DNA from: a virus
Lineage: Duplodnaviria > Caudoviricetes
IMG/VR virus record: IMGVR_UViG_3300020577_006811
Coordinates: 18,195-82,194 of that record
DNA length: 64,000 bases
Strand: one strand, 5' to 3'
Position 1 is the first letter of the stretch; every line of letters starts with the position of its first letter. A program made the position numbers and the translations under genes. This document shows positions 1 through 7,254 of the stretch, piece by piece. The notes under the pieces are model-generated. The model did no database searches, was not told the DNA's origin, and saw only the letters and a list, made by a program, of their open reading frames with translations.

Positions 1-1
1 C

Positions 2-478
2 CGCTGGCCCGACGAAACCTACGAGATGTGGCGACTGCGCACACAGGAGAAGTGGGGTCTGTGCGAATGGATCGCGCATTCGTGCAGGCGCTTCAGCGTC
101 AACGAACTTCTGATTGAGGCTAAGGCGACCGGCATCACAGTCGCTCAAGAGCTTCGGCGGCTGAATGGCAACGATGGCTGGGGCATTCAACTAAAGACTC
201 CGCAGGGCGACAAGGTCGCACGTGCCTATGCGGTGCAAAGCACGCTAAGCTCCGGGCTCGTATATGCGCCAGACAAAGCCTGGGCCGATCTTGTGCTTGA
301 GGAAACCAGTTCGTTTCCCAAACACCGCTATAAAGATTTGACCGATTCTACCTCAATGGCGTGGCTTCACGTCCGCGAGATGGGCATGTTGACTAGACCT
401 GAAGAACGGTTGCTTGCCGAGCAAATGGCCGCACAATACCGGCCGCAAACCGCCCCACTTTACCCAGGATCGCGATGA
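2..478 (+). CDS. terL: Terminase large subunit, C-terminal nuclease domain (5'-partial; frame open to window start)
   Basis: LLIEAKATG, PQGDKVARA, FPKHRYKDLTDSTSMA match the RNase H-like terminase C-terminus; lies upstream of portal. Confidence 0.9.
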   Translation, partial: RWPDETYEMWRLRTQEKWGLCEWIAHSCRRFSVNELLIEAKATGITVAQELRRLNGNDGWGIQLKTPQGDKVARAYAVQSTLSSGLVYAPDKAWADLVLEETSSFPKHRYKDLTDSTSMAWLHVREMGMLTRPEERLLAEQMAAQYRPQTAPLYPGSR

Positions 479-720
479 TGGACCCAGCCACCGCCTTGAA
501 GCAGGAAGCCGTTTGGATGGCACGCGGGCAAGCCACCCAAGAGGCATCGCAGCGTGCGCAGGCTTACCGTCCACGGCTTGGCATGCACCAGTACACGTGC
601 CCAAAGTGCTGGATTCTTCGCGCTCAAATGAGCCCCATGCGCTCTGTGCCCGGCACCAGCGAATACGACGTGCTGGTGTGCAACACCTGCGACGGCGATG
701 TCGTGATCCCCTTTGACTGA
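475..720 (+). CDS. Small zinc-ribbon hypothetical protein
   Basis: Overlaps terL stop (ATGA); CPKC and CNTC pairs. Confidence 0.6.
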   Translation: MMDPATALKQEAVWMARGQATQEASQRAQAYRPRLGMHQYTCPKCWILRAQMSPMRSVPGTSEYDVLVCNTCDGDVVIPFD

Positions 721-729
721 AGGAATGCC

Positions 730-957
730 ATGTTCACCCAACTGAACCCACCCCTCCCCGTCTTCGTCGTGGGGCGGGGCAAAGGCTCTGCAATCGCAGT
801 CATTGACTACGGCCAAGAGCACAACCTGATTTGGGTCACGGCCATTGACGCCACGGGCGAAATCTGGTGTGCACCGAACCCAAGTGTGCGAATGCAATCC
901 AACTGGACCATGGGGCGACAGCTTACGCCTCAACCGAGCGAGCCGACCAAGGCGTAG
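730..957 (+). CDS. Hypothetical phage protein
   Basis: AAGGAA SD upstream; 75 aa; in operon order. Confidence 0.7.
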   Translation: MFTQLNPPLPVFVVGRGKGSAIAVIDYGQEHNLIWVTAIDATGEIWCAPNPSVRMQSNWTMGRQLTPQPSEPTKA

Positions 958-959
958 AC

Positions 960-1115
960 ATGCAAGCCGTTGTCACATCCCAGTCGGAAATGCGCGCCGC
1001 GGTCAAGGAAGCCGCGCAGAAGGGCCTGCGCTGGACGCAGATCAGCACGCAAGGCCTGCCGTCCGGCACGATGCGGCTCACGTTTTACCCAGAAGCGCAG
1101 AGCATCAACGGTTGA
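960..1115 (+). CDS. Hypothetical protein (51 aa)
   Basis: ATG 2 nt after previous stop; MQAVVTSQSEMRAAVKE... Confidence 0.55.
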   Translation: MQAVVTSQSEMRAAVKEAAQKGLRWTQISTQGLPSGTMRLTFYPEAQSING

Positions 1116-1151
1116 CGCAGCGACAACGCTGTGCCATGCAAGGCCATGGAC
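1112..1151 (+). promoter_or_regulatory. Putative sigma70-type promoter of tRNA sub-cluster 1
   Basis: TTGACG-N17-CATGCA; 19-mer GCCATGCAAGGCCATGGAC recurs at 1600-1618. Confidence 0.5.
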
Positions 1152-1236
1152 CGATTGGCACTCATATCCGGCCTCTCCACGCGCTCGCGATACTTACGCT
1201 GAGCCCCCGCGCGTTTGCGCAACACTTCTCTTAAAC

Positions 1237-1312
1237 GTCACGGTACCCCAACGGTAGAGGGCCCGGCCTCAAACCCCGGTCAGTGTCCGTTCGAATCGGA
1301 CCCGTGACACCA
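1237..1312 (+). tRNA. tRNA-Leu(CAA), short variable loop
   Basis: Acceptor GTCACGG/CCGTGAC, T-loop TTCGAAT, loop CT-CAA-AC, encoded CCA. Confidence 0.85.
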
Positions 1313-1316
1313 TCAC

Positions 1317-1393
1317 ACTCGTCTGGCGGAATTGGTATACGCGGTGGGCTTAAACCCCACGTCATGATCCCGGTTCGAACCCGGGGACGAGTA
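1317..1393 (+). tRNA. tRNA-Leu(TAA), no encoded CCA
   Basis: ACTCGTC/GACGAGT acceptor, GTGGG-CTTAAAC-CCCAC anticodon arm, TTCGAAC T-loop. Confidence 0.9.
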
Positions 1394-1394
1394 C

Positions 1395-1484
1395 GGGAAG
1401 GGTTCCCCTCAGCGGTCTGTAAAACCGCCGGCTTTGAAAGAGAGGGGTGGCTGCCTAGAGGATCGTAACCTCCCCAACCCACCA
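1395..1484 (+). tRNA. tRNA-Tyr(GTA)-like gene with non-canonical fold, possibly degenerate
   Basis: Perfect anticodon arm GCGGT-CTGTAAA-ACCGC, A73 plus CCA; no D-arm, two A-A acceptor mismatches, T-loop ATCGTAA. Confidence 0.55.
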
Positions 1485-1487
1485 TTT

Positions 1488-1562
1488 CGGCCTGTGGTGT
1501 AACGGTCAGCACCCTCGGCTCATAACCGAGTTGTGTGGGTTCAAGTCCCACCGGGCCAACCA
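1488..1562 (+). tRNA. tRNA-Met(CAT), fMet-like
   Basis: Cloverleaf with CAT anticodon, C1:A72 mismatch, encoded CCA. Confidence 0.9.
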
Positions 1563-1578
1563 TCTAAGTAGATTGCCC

Positions 1579-1618
1579 TTGCAATGTCTCGCGCACCATG
1601 CCATGCAGGGCCATGGAC
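1579..1618 (+). promoter_or_regulatory. Putative promoter of tRNA sub-cluster 2
   Basis: TTGCAA-N17-CATGCA, same 19-mer as 1133-1151 with one mismatch. Confidence 0.5.
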
Positions 1619-1719
1619 ACGACGATCACAACACGACGACCGAGACGGCCACGGCGACCCGCCAGGTAACGTCCGCATTCCGTGTTGTGCGCATCGCGCG
1701 CAAATCCTCCATCATTATA

Positions 1720-1794
1720 GCTGGTTTAGCTCAGCGACAGAGCAGCGGTTTTGTAAACCGAAGGCCGTGGGTTCAAATCCTACAACCAGCACCA
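1720..1794 (+). tRNA. tRNA-Thr(TGT)
   Basis: GCTGGTT/AACCAGC acceptor, GCTC/GAGC D-stem, TGT anticodon, ACCA. Confidence 0.93.
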
Positions 1795-1798
1795 AACC

Positions 1799-1874
1799 GC
1801 GCACGTGGCCCAATGGATAAGGCGTCGGTCTACGGAACCGAAGATTGCAGGTTCAAGTCCTGCCGTGCGCTCCA
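1799..1874 (+). tRNA. tRNA-Arg(ACG)
   Basis: GCGCACG/CGTGCGC acceptor, TCGGT-CTACGGA-ACCGA, CCA. Confidence 0.93.
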
Positions 1875-1879
1875 CCTTT

Positions 1880-1958
1880 CAGCGCGTAGGGAAGTCTGGT
1901 CGTTCCCGCCTGCCTTGGAAGCAGGAAACCGCTGGTTCAAATCCAGCCGCGCTGACCA
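1880..1958 (+). tRNA. tRNA-Pro(TGG)
   Basis: CAGCGCG/CGCGCTG acceptor, CCTGC-CTTGGAA-GCAGG, ACCA. Confidence 0.93.
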
Positions 1959-1962
1959 CTTT

Positions 1963-2038
1963 GCACGCCTAGCTCAGCGGATAGAGCGCTGGTTTCCGAA
2001 ACCAGAGGACGCAGGTTCGACCCCTGCGGCGTGCTCCA
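1963..2038 (+). tRNA. tRNA-Arg(CCG)
   Basis: GCACGCC/GGCGTGC acceptor, CTGGT-TTCCGAA-ACCAG, CCA. Confidence 0.93.
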
Positions 2039-2044
2039 CAGACT

Positions 2045-2127
2045 GCGCAAGTAGCCGGTTCCGGCTTCTACCCGGTTATCCGTAATTGGAGCTGAAAATG
2101 AGGGTTCGAATCCTTCCTTGCGCGCCA
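2045..2127 (+). tRNA. tRNA-Arg(TCT)-like gene lacking a canonical D-arm
   Basis: Perfect acceptor GCGCAAG/CTTGCGC, T-arm GAGGG-TTCGAAT-CCTTC, GCCA end; 9-nt 5' linker and 24-nt post-anticodon segment. Confidence 0.65.
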
Positions 2128-2136
2128 AACAAAAAC

Positions 2137-2159
2137 GGCGGGGCCTTTCGGCACCCGCC
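2137..2159. terminator. Hairpin between the convergent tRNA clusters, probable terminator
   Basis: GGCGGG...TTTC...CCCGCC stem with an A-run on the left (U-run for the minus strand). Confidence 0.55.
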
Positions 2160-2252
2160 TGAGTTGGGATAGAGCTGAGCCCTGATCTCAGCGCACCCAC
2201 TCTAACCGCAGCGGCGTTGCACGCCTACAAGATCGCGGCGGTTCTCCACAGA

Positions 2253-2326
2253 TGGCAGCCCCTCCCCGAGTTGAACGGGGCCTTACGCAGTCAAAGTGCG
2301 TCGTCATACCGATAGACCAAGGGGCC
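2253..2326 (-). tRNA. tRNA-Gln(TTG)
   Basis: Reverse complement GGCCCCT...ACGCA-CTTTGAC-TGCGT...AGGGGCT G CCA; G73. Confidence 0.92.
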
Positions 2327-2328
2327 GC

Positions 2329-2402
2329 TGGACGAGCGCCGGGGAATTGAACCCCGTACCACCGATTTGCAGTCGGCTGCGTCACCGTCCCGCCCGCGCT
2401 CG
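2329..2402 (-). tRNA. tRNA-Cys(GCA)
   Basis: Reverse complement CGAGCGC...GCCGA-CTGCAAA-TCGGT...GCGCTCG T CCA; U73 fits Cys. Confidence 0.92.
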
Positions 2403-2455
2403 TTGCGTGCGCTATCTACACTGATCATGGTTCTTGTTTCAACCGCCGACCAGCG

Positions 2456-2484
2456 TTGACCCTCCCGCCAAATTGTGCCAGCCA
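2456..2484 (+). promoter_or_regulatory. Putative promoter upstream of the portal operon
   Basis: TTGACC-N17-CAGCCA preceded by GTGC, like the two tRNA promoters. Confidence 0.4.
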
Positions 2485-2522
2485 TCTTGGAACCGCGTCG
2501 CGTTCAACCCAAGAGGATGCCT

Positions 2523-2756
2523 ATGACGGACGAGACCACGCCTGACGCCGATGCCATGATGCTTTCCCCCCGCGACATCGCCAACGCCTTGAGCGGCGGC
2601 CTTGCGGACCTCACCACCTACGTTCGCACCAATCCAGCCCCCGATCCGCGCGCCATCATGGCCGAGATGGAACGGCTGGCCCTGAACTTCGTGCGCCGCC
2701 TGCCCGTGCCGCAGGCCCAGGCCGGTGACGTCCCCTCCGAGGCTCGCCCCAACTGA
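2523..2756 (+). CDS. Hypothetical protein
   Basis: AGAGGA SD before ATG 2523; 77 aa. Confidence 0.65.
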   Translation: MTDETTPDADAMMLSPRDIANALSGGLADLTTYVRTNPAPDPRAIMAEMERLALNFVRRLPVPQAQAGDVPSEARPN

Positions 2757-2929
2757 TGTTTCGGGTGGTCCATCTCCGCCCATTTATGCGTCCAGGGGAA
2801 GTCGTCACCGCTGACGGCCGAACCTGGACGATTGAGCATGTCGGTTTTCTTGACGGTCTGCGGCGTATCTTTGTATCTCGTGTAGAGAACGGCCGCGTCA
2901 TTGTTCAGTCCTGGCTGATTGCGAACTGA
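2756..2929 (+). CDS. Hypothetical protein (57 aa, below the ORF-track cutoff)
   Basis: TGATG overlap with previous stop; MFRVVHLRPFMRPGEVV...WLIAN. Confidence 0.55.
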   Translation: MFRVVHLRPFMRPGEVVTADGRTWTIEHVGFLDGLRRIFVSRVENGRVIVQSWLIAN

Positions 2930-2970
2930 ACAAGGGCGCCCGTGGCGTCCGAGCCACGAAAGACCGGCCC

Positions 2971-5553
2971 ATGGCCAAAAAGCCCGCCAAGTCCCGCTCC
3001 AAGAAAAAGATCCAGGAAATCCCGGCGTTCGAAGTCGGGGGCGCCATCATGGAGCCGGAAGGCGAGGCCGCGGCGCCGACGATGGATGCAGCCTTTGGCC
3101 CCGCCATCACCATCGTTAACGACGACGACAGCGTGACCATTGAGTTTGACACGGGCGAGGAAGAACTTCCCGACCCCGAGTTTGAAGACAACCTTGCAGA
3201 GCATATCGATCGCACGACGCTCGGGCGCATTGCCAGCGACCTGCTGGAGCAGATCGAACAGGACGACCGCGACCGCTCCGAGTGGCTGACCCAGCGCGCC
3301 GACGGCCTAGAACTGCTGGGCACGAAGGTGGAAAAGCCAGGCGGCGGCGCTGTGGGCACGTCGTCTACGGCGGTGCCGGGGCAATCCACCGTGCGCGACG
3401 GCATTCTCAACGAGGCCGTGATCCGCTTCCAGGCCAACGCCTTTGCCGAGCTTTGTCCCTCTGAAGGCCCGGTCAAGGTCATGAACTATTCCAGCGAAAC
3501 GCTGGACGACGACAAACTGGCTGAAGACCTTGAGAAAGACCTGAACTTTTATCTGACCGGAGCCGGCGGCTCGGCCACAGCGACCGAGTATTACCCCGAC
3601 ACCCGCAACATGCTGTGGTGGGTCGGGTATGCCTCTGGCATGTTCAAGAAGATCTACAACTGCCCGCTGCGAGGGCGCCCCGTTTCCGAAAGCGTGGACG
3701 GCTCCGATCTGATTGTGCCGTCCACAGCCACCAACCTGCACAACGCCCGCCGCATCACGCATCAGATGACTATGAGTCCGGTCATCATGAAGCGGATGCA
3801 GGTGCTGGGCGAATACCGCAACGTCGCCTTGCAGCAACCGAGCCCGCACAACAACGCCCTGGTTAACAGTGAAGCCGACATCGTCGGCATGAACCCGAAC
3901 CAGACGCGGCCCGAGGACCAGGACTTTACCGTCTACGAGTGCTACTGCGACCTGGACATCCCAGGCTTTGAGCACACCGACAAGAAGGGCGAGCCCACGG
4001 GGCTGCCCGTGCCCTACATCGTGGTGATCGACAAGGACTCGCAAGAGATCCTGAGTATCAAGCGCAACTGGGATAAGCCGAAAGAGGGCGAAGAGGCCAA
4101 GCTTCCCAAGGCCAAGATTCCCTTCGTGCTGTTCCCGTATGTCACCGGGCTTGGCTTCTACGGCCAAGGCCTGCTGCACCAGCTCGGCAACTACACCACC
4201 GCGCTTACCGCGATGCTGCGCGAGTGCATCGACGCGGGCATGTTTGCCTCGTTCCCGGGCTTCCTGTTTGCCAAGCCCATGGGGCGCCAGCTTCAAAACG
4301 AGTTCCGCGTGCCACCGGGCGGCGGCGCACCGATCGATGTCTCTGCCACCGGCAACGACATCACCAAAGCCGTTATGCCGCTGCCGTACAAGGACGTGTC
4401 GGCGGCCATGGTCGCGCTCATGTCGCAGACGCGGGAGCAAGCGGCCCGCTACGGCGGCATGGCCGAATCACCGACTGGAGAAGGCGTCATCAACGCGCCC
4501 GTGGGCAGCGTGCTGGCGGCCATCGACCAGGCCACCCGCATTGAAGGCGGCGTCCACAAGGCCCTATATGCGGCGCAGCGCGAAGAGTTCGAACTGCTGT
4601 TTTCCTTGTTCAAGGACAACCCCGAACCGCTGTGGGCCGGCAACCCACGCCCGGCCATGGGCGCCGATCCCGCCACGCGCATGCGCCGCTGGGAGCAGGC
4701 CACCAAGCATTGCAGCCTGACGCCTGCGTCAGACCCGAACGTGCCCTCGCACATGCATCGCTTGGCCAAAGCCAGCACGTACCTGCAGACGGCTCTGGCC
4801 GTCCCCGGCGTGTTTGACATGCGCCGCGTGCTGACCCGTTGGGCCGCCATGGTGCGCATTGACGACATTGAACAGGACTTCCTGCCCGAGCAACCGCCAA
4901 TGCAGCCGCCGCCGCTCAATCCGCTGCAGGTCGAGAAGCTGCGCATTGACGACAAGAATGCCGATACCCGCCGTCTTGACGTGGTTCTCAAGCACCAAGG
5001 CGCGACCGCCAAACTGCAATCGGATCAGGAGATTGCAGCCGCCAAGATGGCCGAAGGACAGGCAACGGCTTTGGATCAGGGCCAGATTGACCCGCTTCAG
5101 GCGCGTGCGCTTGACCTCAAACAGCAGCAGTTGGACCAGAACGCGCAGAAGCTGGCCGTTGACGCGCACCAGAAGCATGCCGAACTGAACAGCAAGGAGT
5201 CTATTGAAGCGCTGAAACTGGTCAACGCTGCCTTCGTGCACCCGGAGTCGCAGGGAGTAGCAAGCCAGGAGATGGCAAAGCTTCAAGACATCATCGCGCC
5301 AGCTGCCGACAACAACCACCGCCCCGCCGCCGCGCCGTTCGGGTTGTCGTCCATGGCAGCCGGCGGCCCCGTGCGCGACGAAGAGACAGTCATTGAACCG
5401 GACGAGATCATCGTCATCCGGCCTTACGAAGCCCCCTCTGAAGACGACATCGCGCAGGCCGTTGTGGAAGACGCCGCCTACAGGGCGCAGTTGGATCAAA
5501 TCCTGCACGATTATCTTCTTGGGCGTCGGCAGGAACGCGCCTATACCAATTGA
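2971..5553 (+). CDS. Portal protein
   Basis: 860 aa, first large gene after terL; acidic N-terminus, Gln-rich coiled-coil C-terminus as in podovirus/P22-like portals. Confidence 0.85.
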   Translation: MAKKPAKSRSKKKIQEIPAFEVGGAIMEPEGEAAAPTMDAAFGPAITIVNDDDSVTIEFDTGEEELPDPEFEDNLAEHIDRTTLGRIASDLLEQIEQDDRDRSEWLTQRADGLELLGTKVEKPGGGAVGTSSTAVPGQSTVRDGILNEAVIRFQANAFAELCPSEGPVKVMNYSSETLDDDKLAEDLEKDLNFYLTGAGGSATATEYYPDTRNMLWWVGYASGMFKKIYNCPLRGRPVSESVDGSDLIVPSTATNLHNARRITHQMTMSPVIMKRMQVLGEYRNVALQQPSPHNNALVNSEADIVGMNPNQTRPEDQDFTVYECYCDLDIPGFEHTDKKGEPTGLPVPYIVVIDKDSQEILSIKRNWDKPKEGEEAKLPKAKIPFVLFPYVTGLGFYGQGLLHQLGNYTTALTAMLRECIDAGMFASFPGFLFAKPMGRQLQNEFRVPPGGGAPIDVSATGNDITKAVMPLPYKDVSAAMVALMSQTREQAARYGGMAESPTGEGVINAPVGSVLAAIDQATRIEGGVHKALYAAQREEFELLFSLFKDNPEPLWAGNPRPAMGADPATRMRRWEQATKHCSLTPASDPNVPSHMHRLAKASTYLQTALAVPGVFDMRRVLTRWAAMVRIDDIEQDFLPEQPPMQPPPLNPLQVEKLRIDDKNADTRRLDVVLKHQGATAKLQSDQEIAAAKMAEGQATALDQGQIDPLQARALDLKQQQLDQNAQKLAVDAHQKHAELNSKESIEALKLVNAAFVHPESQGVASQEMAKLQDIIAPAADNNHRPAAAPFGLSSMAAGGPVRDEETVIEPDEIIVIRPYEAPSEDDIAQAVVEDAAYRAQLDQILHDYLLGRRQERAYTN

Positions 5554-5613
5554 CGTGCTGACTGTGCCGCGTATCTCAACTCAAACCAGAGGGCGCCACG
5601 CGGCGCGGTTCCC

Positions 5614-6051
5614 ATGAAGCTTCCCATGCGGTCCAAGATGGGCCAATCCCCTAAGCTCCGTCGCATCGGGGCCATGGGGTCCATGAAGATGGCCAAGAAA
5701 GCCGAGAACGCGCCGCGCAAGTACGCGAGCGGCGGTATCGTTGAGGCGGGCCCCGCCGTGGAGGGCGATGCGCCGAAGGCCCGTCTGGATAAACCCGGCC
5801 GCAGCAAGGGCAAGAAGGACGCCGGCAAGAAAGGCACCACGGTCAACATCGTAATTGCATCCGGCAGCAAACCCGCCGCACCTGACGCTATGCCGATGCC
5901 GCCCCCCGGCGCCGGCCCCATGCCGCCTCCGGCCCCCCCGCCCGGCATGCCGATGCGCGCCAGCGGTGGTCGCGTGCACGACGACAAGGCCCAAGACGAG
6001 GCGCTGTTCAACAAGATGATCAAGGCGCACGACGCGAAGAAGAAGTCCTAA
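5614..6051 (+). CDS. Small basic virion-type protein, AxGGxV-motif family paralogue 1
   Basis: YASGGIV, VEGDAPKARLDKPGR, RASGGRV; Lys/Pro rich. Confidence 0.75.
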   Translation: MKLPMRSKMGQSPKLRRIGAMGSMKMAKKAENAPRKYASGGIVEAGPAVEGDAPKARLDKPGRSKGKKDAGKKGTTVNIVIASGSKPAAPDAMPMPPPGAGPMPPPAPPPGMPMRASGGRVHDDKAQDEALFNKMIKAHDAKKKS

Positions 6052-6075
6052 CCCCAACCTGACGGAGACTGCCCC

Positions 6076-6186
6076 ATGTCCAAAGCCCCAAAGCCGCAGA
6101 AGTCCATCATGAAGATCAAGGCCGGCGCCGGTTCAGCGGTTGGCCGACTGCAGAAAGCCGCTGCGCAGGCCAAGAAGGGAAAGTGA
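6076..6186 (+). CDS. Very small basic protein (36 aa)
   Basis: GGAGA SD; MSKAPKPQKSIMKIKAGAGSAVGRLQKAAAQAKKGK. Confidence 0.65.
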   Translation: MSKAPKPQKSIMKIKAGAGSAVGRLQKAAAQAKKGK

Positions 6187-6189
6187 CGC

Positions 6190-6474
6190 ATGACGGCTAA
6201 GACCGCTGCGACTGCCCCCGCCCCTGTACAAGAACCGCCGGCTCGGGAAGCCTACATCCCGAGCCATCCTGTCCTAGCGCCAGACCCAGTTGCCGTTCAC
6301 CCGAAGGATCGCGACTGCTGCGGCAACTGTCCCGGCTGGAAGCAGGCGCACCCAAAGGCCCCATTTGGGCAGTGCCTTCCGGCCATCCGCTGGCTCGGCG
6401 CCCCCATGTACACCCCCGATCTTGCCGGGTGCACGCTGGATGAGGCAACCAAGGCCAAGGGCGCAACGCGCTAA
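6190..6474 (+). CDS. Cys-rich hypothetical protein
   Basis: CCGNCPGW...C...C; in operon. Confidence 0.65.
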   Translation: MTAKTAATAPAPVQEPPAREAYIPSHPVLAPDPVAVHPKDRDCCGNCPGWKQAHPKAPFGQCLPAIRWLGAPMYTPDLAGCTLDEATKAKGATR

Positions 6475-6479
6475 CCGCC

Positions 6480-6704
6480 ATGGCCGCACTCACCCTTGAT
6501 ACCGCCGCCCTGCGCCTGTTGGCCAAGAAGGTTGACACCCTCATTGAGATCAACCGGCACAACCTCGGTACGGGCAACGCTCTCGTCCCCGGTGACGCAA
6601 ATGCCACAGCGCTCAACTATAGTAGCGCTGTCGGCTACATTCGTGCGCTGCACGATATTCTCGGCATGTGCGAAGACGTAGAGGATGAACTTCGCAAGAT
6701 GTGA
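6480..6704 (+). CDS. Hypothetical protein preceding the GroES-like gene
   Basis: 74 aa, helical, in operon. Confidence 0.7.
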   Translation: MAALTLDTAALRLLAKKVDTLIEINRHNLGTGNALVPGDANATALNYSSAVGYIRALHDILGMCEDVEDELRKM

Positions 6705-6756
6705 CGACTGATTTGGCTTGTATTGCGTACCGTCCGAAACCTGAGGGTCCGCAACC

Positions 6757-7209
6757 ATGAGCACGCTTCTCAAGTCCCCCATTCTCAGCCGCATGAAGAT
6801 TGATCTTCAAAAGCTGGCAGAGCGGGACGGGAAAACATCATTCAAGGACTTGGTCTTCAAGAACATTGGCAAGCTGGACGACTTCGTCGTGCTTGGCGAT
6901 GACGTCTTGGTGGCGACCTACGTCAAGATGGGCCGCACCGCTGGCGGCATCATTCTCACCGACAAATCGGTGGACGAGGACCGCTGGCAGGGCAAGGTGG
7001 GCCTCGTTCTGAAGCTTGGCGAAAGCGCCTTCAAGTACGAAGGGGCCTACGAATACAAGGGCACCGTTCCCAAGGTTGGCGACTACGTCGTGTTCCACAC
7101 CAGCGACACGCGAGAGGTTGGCATCAATGGCCATTCTTGCCGCACGGTGTCTTCCAGCTTGGTCCGCATGATCCTTCCAGATGAAGCCGCCGCCGATTCG
7201 ATCTACTGA
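6757..7209 (+). CDS. GroES/Cpn10-like co-chaperonin
   Basis: VLGDDVLV, RTAGGIIL, GLVLKLG, KVGDYVVF match the Cpn10 fold. Confidence 0.8.
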   Translation: MSTLLKSPILSRMKIDLQKLAERDGKTSFKDLVFKNIGKLDDFVVLGDDVLVATYVKMGRTAGGIILTDKSVDEDRWQGKVGLVLKLGESAFKYEGAYEYKGTVPKVGDYVVFHTSDTREVGINGHSCRTVSSSLVRMILPDEAAADSIY

Positions 7210-7254
7210 CCGGGCCTGCGCTTCCTCTGACCTTCAACAACCACGGACACCGTC

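Noticed and set aside
2065-2071. Amber suppressor (CTA anticodon) reading of the 2045-2127 tRNA
   Set aside because: The CCGG/CCGG stem centres the 7-nt loop on TCT with U33 and A37; CTA is off register
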